From positions 4,216,001 to 4,280,000 of the forward strand of contig OZ361257.1 of assembly GCA_977018835.1 (NCBI GenBank): 64,000 nt of DNA. Reading direction: 5' to 3'. The DNA comes from Minutocellus sp. GHC0000111 (lineage: Eukaryota). Within the stretch, counting starts at the first letter, position 1, and every line of letters starts with the position of its first letter. A model generated the notes under the pieces. That model was not told the DNA's origin. It made no database searches and saw nothing but the letters and a program-made list of their open reading frames with translations. A program made the position numbers and the translations under genes. This document shows, piece after piece, positions 35,426 to 46,308 of this stretch.

Positions 35426-36844
35426 ATGAGCACAGAGAATGAGCAGCTCGATACCAGCGAGGGCGGCGTGTCTTTAGCCGACTACGGCAGTACGTCGTCG
35501 GCCCCGGCTCAGCTCGATGCTACGAACAATAATAACGATGACAGCAGCCTGGACTTCAACGACGACAGCGACAGCACCGCTAACAATACGCCCGACACGG
35601 CTGCGGCCAAGTCCAGCGCCAGCCGAGGTGAGCGAGTGGCCTTTCTGTCGAGCACGCGCGACTATCACGACCACTCGCATCACCATCATCACGGCCACAG
35701 CCCCCGTCATTCTCCCCGCCATAACAACCGCAACCAACTGATTCTACCGCAAGACGACGTAGCATCCGGCTCGGCCACCGAATCCATGACCGACCTCCTC
35801 TCGGAAGCGGCCAGCTCGCGGAACAAACCGGCTGACAGTCCCCTTCGTCGGATTGCCATCGACCTATCGCTTTGGATCAACATTGCCATCCTCGTCACCA
35901 AGATATTTGCCTATGCCATGACGTTGTCGCTCTCCGTCCTGGCCGCACTGACCGATTCGGTACTCGACGTGGTGTCCCAGCTGGTACTCAACTACACCGA
36001 AAAGCATTCCAGCCTCTCCCGCTCATCGGCCCTCTACCCCGCCGGTGCCTCCCGTCTCGAACCGCTCGGCGTCCTCATCTGCGCGGCACTGATGGGCATG
36101 GCCTCGTTCGAAATCATCAAGGAAAGCTGCGAATCGCTATTGTTTGATCAGGACACCATTGCCACCGACGATGACAAGATGACGTCGTTCCTAAGCATGC
36201 TGGCCGTGGTGGTCATCAAGTTGGCGCTTTGGGCTCTGTGCAACCGAGCCGCACGCATTCGAATTGTGTCCAGCATCAAGACGCCGGGCAAGCAGAGCGT
36301 GAAAGTTGCCGATCCGACCTTGGAGGCGTTGGCGCAGGATCACTTCAACGATTGCTTGAGCAACGCCGTCGCCGCCATTGCACTGCTGTTTGCGCTCAAG
36401 AGCGAGAGGCTTTGGTTCTTGGATCCGGTGGGTGCCATATTGATCAGTCTGTACATTATCTACAGCTGGTACGAGACGGGGAAGGAGCAGATCGAGCAGT
36501 TGACGGGCAAGTCGGCACCGGACGATTTCATCGACGAAATTATGGAGATTGCTTCCAACTTTGATTCCAAAATGTTGGTCGATGTCTGCCGGGCCTATCA
36601 CTTTGGTCCCAAATTTCTGGTGGAGCTTGAGGTGGTCCTGCCGCGCGACACGCTTCTGCAGGAGAGTCATGATCTGGGGATGGATCTGCAGTACGAGATT
36701 GAGGCCATGGAGGAAGTCGAGCGATGCTTTGTGCACATTGATTACGAGACGAGGCCGTACGATGAGCACGTGGTGAGCAAGGTTCCGGAATTGAGGGAGC
36801 GGATATTGCGGCAGCAGAGCAGCAGTTGTATTCATTCGGTGTAG
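35426..36844 (+). CDS. Cation diffusion facilitator (MTP / Mn-CDF-like metal transporter)
   Basis: SLSVLAALTDSVLD, YPAG.SRLEPLG, LAQDHFND, LDPVGAI, RAYHFG, ESHDLG..LQ..IE...EVERCFVHIDYE; His-rich N-terminus. Confidence 0.95.
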   Translation: MSTENEQLDTSEGGVSLADYGSTSSAPAQLDATNNNNDDSSLDFNDDSDSTANNTPDTAAAKSSASRGERVAFLSSTRDYHDHSHHHHHGHSPRHSPRHNNRNQLILPQDDVASGSATESMTDLLSEAASSRNKPADSPLRRIAIDLSLWINIAILVTKIFAYAMTLSLSVLAALTDSVLDVVSQLVLNYTEKHSSLSRSSALYPAGASRLEPLGVLICAALMGMASFEIIKESCESLLFDQDTIATDDDKMTSFLSMLAVVVIKLALWALCNRAARIRIVSSIKTPGKQSVKVADPTLEALAQDHFNDCLSNAVAAIALLFALKSERLWFLDPVGAILISLYIIYSWYETGKEQIEQLTGKSAPDDFIDEIMEIASNFDSKMLVDVCRAYHFGPKFLVELEVVLPRDTLLQESHDLGMDLQYEIEAMEEVERCFVHIDYETRPYDEHVVSKVPELRERILRQQSSSCIHSV

Positions 36845-37352
36845 GTTTGTCTTGGAAACAAGAGCGGGTGCAACGAAATGCACATCGGAGCTACGATACC
36901 GGTACGTCGGTATGCTAATGGACAGACACACGTGCATGTTGCATGGTTGGTAGACCTATACGTAGTAAGACTCACCTGTGTATTTGAGGTGGTTTCCGTT
37001 GATATTGTGATTTATTTACCGGTAGAGTCTACTGCGAGTCCTAGCTGCTAGGAGCTGTTCTGCTGATCGAGCTAGCAGACGCCTCGGAGCCTGGGTATTA
37101 TGCTTTGGGGAGTCTCTTGTTTGTGCATTCCGTCAACATTGATTCGATTCGGGCGTTCGGCTTGCTTCGGTGAGCATCAGTGGGCTCATCAAATGCTTAT
37201 GCTCAACGAGCGAGAGAAAAGGAAAAAGAAGAGGGGAAGAGGAGGAAAAGGAGAAAGAAAAAAGGCGAGACAGACCACGCTATACACGGCCGCTACGTGA
37301 CTGTACACGTATCGAGCGATCTGATTTTGCTGGCCTTGTGACTTGTGACACC

Positions 37353-38161
37353 ATGGGCGCCTTCACTTATTGCATCCAATCAAACCAGCCAGTTCAGATA
37401 AGCTACTGCCGAACAATCAGCATCGAGTCGGGCGGCCGGCCCAACGGCGTCGTCACCTTCCGCCACGCCGACACCAAAAGCTTCGAGGGCCCGCTCATCT
37501 CGGTCTTTGTCGAGGCCGCCCGCCACAAGGACAGCGGCAAGTACGTCTACGAGCTGACGCAAAGCGAGGAGCAGGAGGAGGTGAACGCTCTCCGGGACTT
37601 CTTCCGCGAGGAAGAGGGCGGAAGCAATGACCCCGATGGCGTCGGTGTCGTCGAGTACGAGATATGCTCCATCTTCATTGACGCCAGTAACGAATGCGAT
37701 CCTGCCAACGTTGACTCCTGCAATCTTTCCCGGATGGATTTCATCCGGGTTCCCTCATTGACGCCAGTGACGAATGCGATCCTGCCAACGTTGACTCCTG
37801 CAAGATGGGCAATTGTGTGTGGAAAGAGCATAAGAGCGACTGCGAAGCATGTCAGTGCTACGTTTCTGGATGTGGGTCGAAACCCAATGACAAACATGAG
37901 TTGAATGAGACGCCTCCTTACTTTTGCGAGAAGAGTGCAAGAACTGGGAACAAGGCGAAGTGTGTGGACAAGAGGCCTAATGATGACATTTGTCACGTGA
38001 GCTGGCAGTGCAAAGGTGGGTATTGCAGGCAAGATGGCTTTTGCGCATCGCTCAAATCGGGCATTGATCGCTGTGGTGCAAACATGGAATGCAGATCAAT
38101 GGGTTGTTGTTCTAATGGTTATTGCCAAGCTACTAAAGATTGGACGGACTGGTTGGACTGA
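37353..38161 (+). pseudogene. Chimeric or frameshifted gene ending in a Cys-rich domain
   Basis: The frame from ATG 37353 runs into a 49-bp duplication. The second copy continues as IDASDECDPANVDSCKMGNC..C..SWQCKGGYC..C....EC.S.GCC..GYC*. Confidence 0.5.
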
Positions 38162-38498
38162 CGCACAAGTGCATGTGTGAGAGGATTGTAGGCCACTAAA
38201 GTGAAGTGAATTTGTTCGCTACCCCATTCTACTTGTTCTGCATGTTTTGGTGGTTGTTACGATGCATGAGTCTCACCCGTTCATTGGGGCCGGGTGGTTT
38301 TTGTTGATGTTGTGGGTTGCCTTCATTCGCTTGACAGTCTTCGCCGTCGGCGACGTTTCGGGGGGTCACTTTTGGGCTGTTGTTTTTGGGCCATACGATA
38401 TCCGAGGAAGACAGATGACGGCCTCTTTCATCATTCCTCCCAACGATATCCCAGCCCACATGACAAATTCCACTTACAGCGGCAGCGCACGCTGTGAT

Positions 38499-39633
38499 AT
38501 GGCCCATGATCAGGCAGGCCAGCATCAAATGCATCAAGGCACGATACGACGTCGACGAGGGGCCCTCGCATGTTTCGTCGTCGGATGTTCTGTGCTCTAC
38601 TTCACTTTCCTTCCTCCTCGAATACGATGCGGAGGTCACTTGCCATGGAAAGCAAAACAGACGTATCAACCAAGAAACGCCCACTCTTGAAGCTTTTGGA
38701 AGGAGGAGGGCGCCTCGGTGATCAGCTTTTCATGTATGCCTCCCAACTTGGCCTGGCTAAGACACATGACATGGACTCTTGTATGGTCAAGACCGATCAA
38801 CGTTTGACCATCGAGCAGATGTTTGTAGGACCAATCGAGTGGTGCGATGACGAAGAATACGACATCGAGTGGGTGGGTGGCTGGAGATCTGAGAAGGTCA
38901 GCCAGCTTCGACGCGTCGACGACGATGCGGATCTTGTCTATGGATTGAGTGGATACATGCACTCGCCTCGAAACTTTGTCGCGGCCAAGACGCCCAGCGG
39001 AGACTTTGTCGACTACAGCGACCTACTGTATGAAAAGCTGACGTTGAAAACAGATGCAGAGTGGCAGGACGCGATACAAAATACAATGGAAGAGGGCGAA
39101 CGCTACGAAGATGAATCCACTGAAGTAATAAGGTTGGCATCCATGTTCGGCGAGGAGACAAGGTTGATGATCCCAAGTACACCGTGGCTGATGCCGACTA
39201 CTATCGAAGGGTCATGGACTATTTCCGCAAGAAATACAACCGTGATTGCGAATCAAGCGGCGACACAGAGGATTGTCCAAGAGCACGAGTCAAGTTTTAC
39301 ATTAGCACCGACACAATTTCCTGGATAGACGAAAATGACGACATTTTTGAGCATCCGGACGTCGTACTGATGTCGAATGCCGCCGAAGAATATGAAGATG
39401 ATGACACGAACATGATGATTGACTTTGTCATGCTCACTAAGTGTGATCACATCATACTTTCGGGAGGTGGGTTTGGGTTTTGGGCTGCCTACCTTGGAGC
39501 ACAACGTAATGGAGGAGAGGTCATCATTGGGTCGGCACAAGAGCATCTCAAGATGCGAACATGCAGCCTTGAGGAGTGGACTAATATTGACGAAGTGGAC
39601 TTTGATGCAGAGGAAATTGCGGCTGTTGAATAA
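38499..39633 (+). pseudogene. Glycosyltransferase family 11 (alpha-1,2-fucosyltransferase-like) with two 1-nt frameshifts
   Basis: TM anchor RRRRGALACFVVGCSVLYF; GRLGDQLF; VGIHVRRGD after a shift at ~39128; DF.ML..CDHII.S..FGFWAAYL. The other shift is near 38611. Confidence 0.85.
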
Positions 39634-39695
39634 CATGTATCTCTAAATTTACTGTTGCGCTTATTTATTCTCAAGATTGTAAATCACTCTTCGAA

Positions 39696-40765
39696 CTAGC
39701 CACAAGTACCGTCGTGGCGGCACTTTCTACCGGCGGGACATTGGCTAGAGTAGCGGCACATGCTCGACGTTGTCTGAGTCATGAGGTTAGCCGTCGTGCC
39801 AAGTCCAGTATCTAGAATCACGTTGGGTTCGGCTCGCCGGGTCATCTTCTCCTTAATCTAGGCCGGGCCCTGTTTCTTATTGCCGGGATATTCGCGAGAT
39901 GTTTCGCTAAGGAAGAGAGTGGCCACGCCAGCGACCAGTGTGGAGGTGCCCTGAGCTTGGACGGATCCGTCGGTGCCAACGTTGGATGCGCCGGTAATGG
40001 TGGAGCCGGGAGCGAAGAGGTCGATGCAGGCCCCATAGTTGGAGAAGGAAGAACGCGTGTGAGATCCGGAGAGGCTGTCATCGACTGCGGCGACCGTAAT
40101 GGCCAGGCTTGAGTAGGGAGAGTAGTTGCAGGCGTCCGCTGCAGATTATCGAAAGAGACAACAAAAAGGGATAGATTGAGATATGGAAAGTGAAGGATAT
40201 CATAGGAAGGCAAAAATGCAAATGATAGAGGCATGAACATCTTACCGTTCTCATTTCCAGCAGCAATCACAACAGTAATTCCTTCGTTGATTAATTCTTC
40301 CACAGCCTGGTTCAAAATTTCACTCTGCCCTTGCAGACCCCACCCAATGACCGCCACGGCCTTGCTCTTGGTGCTACCGTGACTGGCCTTGTGGTTGCTC
40401 ACCGCCCATTCCATACCGCACAGTACCGACGTCACAGTGCCCTCTCCGTTCATGTCCAATACCTGGACGGGATGGAGCGTCGCCGCCTTGCCGGCACCAT
40501 AGGATGCTCCACCTGCAATCGAAGCAATGTGCGTTCAATGAACTGTGTTCGACCAGTCACTTGATCCGCCTGCGCAGCTGGTGCCACTCTGCATCCTACC
40601 GGAGAACTCTTGGTGCGCTGTATGGATACCTGTATCGAGAATGTACAAATCGACGTTTTTGCCGTCATGGAAGTAGACATATGCGCCATTGCGAGCGCCA
40701 CGAGACGACATACGATCCAGTCCCCAGTTCTGAGAAGGATCGGCGATGTTGTTCCATCGCCACAT
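39696..40765 (-). pseudogene. Subtilisin / proteinase K-like S8 peptidase pseudogene, 5'-truncated; intron 40139-40245
   Basis: WGLDR, YILDTGI, H*THIAS (HGT motif broken by TGA 40535-40537), VIAAGNEN|ADAC.YSP, FSNYG.CIDLFAPG, shortened GTSTLVAG, and a further in-frame stop. Confidence 0.9.
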
Positions 40766-40779
40766 GCCGATTCAATTGC

Positions 40780-43700
40780 CAAGGACAGGCGCAAACGGAC
40801 AGTAGCTGCTCAGGCGGGGATGGATAGTGTTGACAGCGCCGGTGCCAATAAGCGTGCAAAGAGCGATGGCAGTCCGATGGAGACTCTTGTCGGAAAGCTT
40901 TTGCATGGCATGCGATACAGGAAGAAGGATGGATATCTTCGAAAGGAGGCGAATCGAGCAACCAAAGGCAAGAAGGGATTGAACGACGAGGACAAGAGCA
41001 TGCTTTTTGCCCAGGGATTGCTTCTGGAAGTGCATTTGAAGAGCACCGGAGGGACGCAGCGAAGTTTCAGTCGGATGGGAGGGTCACTATTCGTGAGCTC
41101 TGCAGAGCGTGGGGGGAGGGTAAGAATGGGCTGCGAGACATCCAGAACGAGTCTCGGAAGAATGCCATTGCCCGGGGCATACCAGCAGATCAGGCCGAGC
41201 TTGCATTTGTCACCCCCGCTCCCAAGGATTCGTCGGTTCGGCCAAAGTCTACCATTGACAATTACAAGACGGCTGAGCAGTACTTTACTGCTAAGCGCCT
41301 GCATGCAATCAATAAGTGCAGAGAGGCAAAGGAAGACTGCTATGATTCTGTATCGAAGGAGGCTGACAATGAGTTGCTCAAAACGTACCTGACCGAGTGC
41401 GACACCATCAGCAGCGACGATGACAAGCAGCTGTGGGAGCTGAAGAGGCGGGAGCACTTGGCAAGGCAGCCGTACATGCAGAACGACATTGTTGCGGCCC
41501 TTTCCAGCAATCCTCAGCGATCGTTCCGTGGTTTGGAGCAGGACATTGGTCTGTGGTGCTCGCACAAGACGATTGAGCGGTGGCTCAAGTCATTCGACAC
41601 CTTCACTTTCTACAAGGAGCGGCTGGTACCGCGCCTGTCGGAGGCTCAAAAAGCTAAGCATCTGGCCTTTGCTCAGCTCGTGCGGAATTTCTGGAACATT
41701 CGGGATGAGAACGGCAATTTACCGAATGGAAAGAAGCGAGTTCTCCTCGTGCATTGCGATGAGAAATGGTTCTGGGGTCTCGTCCTCCGAGCTTTTGCGA
41801 AGGCTTGCGAGGAAATCGGCGTGAAAAAGCGAGATTACGCGGCCTTTCACAGGAGCCACATCAACAAGGTCATGGCCATTGCATTTGTTGCCGCTGTCTT
41901 TGACGGTTCTCTTGAGAGTGGGTGCGAGGTTGTAAAACTGCCACTGGTACGAGCTCAAGCTCCTAAAATAGCGGAGCGAGCTCAGTACGAAGCAGTATCA
42001 CAGCCTGATGGTTCAATACGGTACCCAAATACCAACCCCGATGGGACACCAAAGGAACCTCTTCGCCGGAAAGGAGAGTCGTTTCTTGTTGATTGTTGCG
42101 TTACTGGATCGAACGAAGGCACCAAAAAGGATCCGAAATGCTCTTTGCTCCTCGTATTCAAGGAGACTATTTTCCCAGCGATTCTCAACCTTGTCGGTCC
42201 GGGCAAGCATTGCGAAGATTGCCATGTTATTATCCAGGGCGACCAGGCCGGGCCTCACGAGGACGGAACCTTCACGCAATTTGTTACTAACTTCTGTGCT
42301 GAGCAAGGCTGGACGTGGCAGCCACAGGCACCGCAGATGCCTCACGCCAACGTCCTTGACTTGAGCGTGTTCCCCGCGATGAGCCGGCGGCACTCGGAAT
42401 GGGCACGAAAAATGGTAGGCACCTCCGTCATTTCCACCGACCAGATCTGGGACACTGCCGAGGACGTTTACGATAGCATGCCTAACTGCAAAATTGCTTC
42501 GGCCTTCATTCAGTACTGGAGGATAATGGGCCTGGTGATTAAGGCCGGTGGTAGCAATGAGTTTGTTGGAAGGTTGGGTGACGAAAACTTGCACACTGGA
42601 ATTAGGATCGACTTCAACGAAACGGCCAAGGGCTCGTCATCCTTCTAATAAATTGATAGTGTTAATGTCTTTACACATGTATTAAATAAATGTTACACGT
42701 CTACAAATTATTTATAGATCTACATGTAAGATGCAGCAGCATTGGTTTGTTTATGTCACGGTGGGCTTCTTTGTTCTTCTATTTCTACCGGTATTCTTTT
42801 TTGCCTCCTTGGCCTTCTTATGATCATTAGAAAGCCACACAGCGTGGAGGGACTGACGAATCTTTCCGCGCTTAACACCATATGCATCGGCAAGTTTATT
42901 GTCAGTGAGGGCAGGGTGAGCAGTTGGTTGTTTACTCCCATCCTCATGTCCCAACTTATATGCATCTAATGCAATCTTGTCAGTAGATAATGCAATAGAG
43001 AATTCTATTGTCTTGTTATCATACAATCCGAGTTCTCTGCTTCTCCACCCTTTCGGGTAGGCACCACGACCCTCTCTTACTTGGCGATCGACTTCGATCA
43101 TGCCTAGCACTGTGGTGACCGCGACTTCGCTACCCCAACCAGGAACTTGTTTGAAGGGGAGGTAGACCCCTTTCTCTTTTCTTCTTGGTTCGGGCCTCTG
43201 ACTACATGTGGGTGACTTGTAGTTCTTTATATCTTGTGGTAGTGGTGCTTCTCCGTACGTCAAAAAGCACGCAAGCCTCCGATGTTCCTCAACCTCTCGT
43301 TCAATCTGTCGTTCGGTTGGTTCGGTTGGAGGCAAGGGCTCCAAGATGGTAGGGGATGACAATTGAAGGTTGCTGAACGACGGGCATGAGCGGCTTGGGG
43401 TAAGAGCATACTGAGTATGAACTGACATTGGACTTGTTACCATGGGCGTGGCGGAGGGAAGGTCGAATGAGCTCACGGGCTTTCTCCTCTCGCCGCTTGG
43501 CTTTGCGTCGGCGGTTGCTATGCTCATCTTTGAGAATGAATCATCTTCATCAGAATGAGATGAAACGGTAGCGGTACCGCGAAAGTCGGCACGCAATATG
43601 TCAAGATGCAAGTACTTCCTTGCTTGGGCTTGTTCGGCGGCGAAGCCATCCTCTTCGTTGTACTCGCGTCGATATTTCAACACACGAGGAGATGTGAGGT

Positions 43701-44322
43701 CTGACGATGCCGGTGGGACCCCTTGGTTGTCCTCCTCGTCATCGTTGTCCTTGTTCTCTCGATACCGCGGATGTTCCGGCGTTTCGTTGGAAGTTTCCTT
43801 CTCATGGCGCGAGGGGCTGAATGCAGTCGCCTCGGCGCGTTTCGGTGGACGCGGTGGACTGAAGATGTGTCCCTTTGGAGTATCCATGAGTATGGAAACT
43901 TCTTGAAGCGCCAGTCGGCAGAAGTTGCCCAGTCTATTTGTGGTAATTGCTTGGAGGTCGGTTGTTGACGGATGTGTTTTGATTTGCTTGCTTTGCCGCG
44001 TGTTTTTCAAGGTGCGCGCAAACCGCCGTGTCGGAAAGTCCAAAGACCCAAAAAACCGGGTCCCCGAAATTGCTGTCCCGGACCTCGTTGCTATCTGTCT
44101 GATTTTCGTGATATTTCCGTTGTAGGGGGTAAGATTGCTTATTTCAGTAACACATTTTTGTTGAAGTATCTGCTAACTGCTTCAATGTTTCTTAGCGTTG
44201 CTGAAATCGCAGGCATACTAGTAAGCAAAGTGCCGATGACCTTGCCGATGCCTTTTTCGATGCCTCAATCAAGAGCTGGCCGCCCGCCTACCAAAAGTTC
44301 TACGTGCTTCTACCGAGGAGAG
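40780..44322 (+). mobile_element. Second Tc1/mariner-like DD38D element (transposase core 41374-42648); left end lost, right end tentative
   Basis: HCDEKWF, QGDQAGPH, QAPQMPHANVLDLSVF; clearly homologous to 11716-13017, with a frameshifted N-terminal extension. Putative right terminus ..CCGAGGAGAG|TA at 44313-44324. Confidence 0.8.
42751..43887 (-). CDS. Unknown 378-aa protein convergent with the mariner transposase
   Basis: Uninterrupted ORF with a disordered S/P-rich N-half and a basic NLS-like C-terminus; no family recognised. Confidence 0.55.
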   Translation of the reverse strand: MDTPKGHIFSPPRPPKRAEATAFSPSRHEKETSNETPEHPRYRENKDNDDEEDNQGVPPASSDLTSPRVLKYRREYNEEDGFAAEQAQARKYLHLDILRADFRGTATVSSHSDEDDSFSKMSIATADAKPSGERRKPVSSFDLPSATPMVTSPMSVHTQYALTPSRSCPSFSNLQLSSPTILEPLPPTEPTERQIEREVEEHRRLACFLTYGEAPLPQDIKNYKSPTCSQRPEPRRKEKGVYLPFKQVPGWGSEVAVTTVLGMIEVDRQVREGRGAYPKGWRSRELGLYDNKTIEFSIALSTDKIALDAYKLGHEDGSKQPTAHPALTDNKLADAYGVKRGKIRQSLHAVWLSNDHKKAKEAKKNTGRNRRTKKPTVT

Positions 44323-44507
44323 TAGTCTCAGGGGAAGCTCGAGGAAGTCATCTTTGCATCTTGCGAGGGAATATAGAAGACATATCTTGAGGGCGGTTAT
44401 TCTTTTTGACTGCCGGTCTCTCCGTATCTTGTGGATCATACAGTCTTTGAGCAAAGTTCGACCCTACAATGACTGCCACGTGTGGATTGACCCTCTCCTC
44501 CACTTCG

Positions 44508-46247
44508 ATGGCCAGCATGACCAAGGCCAAGACCACCAGGCAGAAACGGCTCATCCAGGCATTGCCCCTTCTAACCGTCGGCCTGGTCATTGTCTGCTGC
44601 GATCTCCATCCAACCTCCACATCGATTCGTCGTTCACTCCTCGAAAGCAGCGCGGCACGCTCCCTCCGTACTCTTACGCGAACATCGTCCGATTCCGACC
44701 CCTACGGGCGTACCTTTGGAATCCTCAAAAATTGTGCCATGAAGGGAGCGCGCATCGCCAACGGACCAGTTAAACCCAACGGAGAAGTACGTCAACTCTC
44801 ACCTGATCGTCAGCTATATCAAGTTGGCGCATTACAACGAAACCACGGGAGAGTGTTGGTTCAGCAAGACATTGGGTCCAACAGAAATTCCCAGCGATGT
44901 TACCTTTGAGAATACCATTATTGTCGGTTATCCAGGTGGTGATAAGCGAACGATACTGAGGCAGATGGAGGCATTGACGGAACTGAGTGGATGTGACGCA
45001 TGGGATTATGGTAAGTCGAGACGATATCAGCCTGTCAATACTTGTCCTCACGAATTATCTCTCACATGCATCCACTGCACTTTTTCCTCTTCATAGAATT
45101 CCTCGGCATGACCGCCCAGCCGTACATCAAGACCAACTATCCCCATCACGAGGGCATTTGGGGTTGGCAAGACCATGCCGATCATGTCATTCTGGTTGTG
45201 CGAAATATCCGCGAGACCATCGACGAATATCATGACATCCTTGCTGATATTGACTACGCAAAGACCTGGGAAGAAGCCACCGAGAAAATTCCAAATCTGT
45301 ACAGCGGTTACATCGACATGGACAACTATGCTGGTTGGCGTGATGAGCGAGTTATGGATGAGGTAAGAGAATTCCGTCAGGGAAAAATATCTCAATGTTT
45401 GCGCGATTTCTAATGTTTATCCACCTTCTCTCACAATCGTTTACATCTCATTCTTTATCCTCTCAGATTGGATGGTACGGCTGGGTCATTGACTACTGGA
45501 TGGAAAGTGGGCTCATGCGAGACTATTTCGATCACAAGATCACTACCCCAGCTCACTTTGAGCTGTTGAGAGAGCCCGAGACGTATACTTATGGCGAGCT
45601 TCAGTGGGACGTGAGCAATTGCGCTACCGACATCAATGAGACCAACCCTCTTCCCCTCTCCTATGATCCTCATTGCGCCAACGAAAGTCTCTGGTGGATG
45701 CGAACCTGTTATGGTAATGAGTGCTGAACGCCTCATGGACCCCGCCACTGGCTATGATGAACATCGGCGCATCGCCAACTACCTTAGCCAAACGCCTGGA
45801 GTTCAAGATTATCTCATTCAACCAGAAGCGTGGGATTGTCTTTATGATACTCTCATCGTGAACAACCCCGATGGTGCACCCCCTGCCGAGTCGGTTGGCT
45901 ACCACGATCTCCGGTGGCGTGACAGTGCCAATCCCAACCCCGCAGAGCATCCTCTATCAACAAGAATGCTCACCAAGATGGTCGAACAACTTACCCGCCT
46001 GATCAACAAGTACAGCGCATACGATCCCGAGACTGGTATCGACTGGACGCAGAAGCAGATTGCCATTGATTTGGTCGACATATTGACAGGCTATAGAACT
46101 GAAGTTCAGGCTGAGCTCGACGTTACCCCCAGTGCAGTTTGGACGCACGCCCCTCATCCACATTGGGTGATCTTCCCAATGTGCGGCGAGTCTCAAAGAT
46201 ACACATGGGATTATTCTTATCCCCATATCACTCAGATGACAATGTAG
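44508..46247 (+). pseudogene. Membrane-anchored sulfotransferase-like (WSCD-type) gene; introns 45011-45096 and 45363-45466; two frameshifts
   Basis: TM anchor; IIVGYPGGDKR..RQMEALT, IKTNYPHH, VILVVRNIR; both introns splice in frame; shifts near 44800 and 45685. Confidence 0.75.
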
Positions 46248-46308
46248 AAATATCTTTACTTCGTCATTAGAAATACATTATTATGCCACATTCCATCCTC
46301 GACCTTTG

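Noticed and set aside
11575..40537. Recurrent in-frame TGA codons as evidence of a reassigned genetic code
   Set aside because: They fall where different residues are expected (Gly in the subtilisin HGT motif, probably Cys in the HNH-like motif). TAA and TAG lesions also occur, and TGA ends apparently normal genes.
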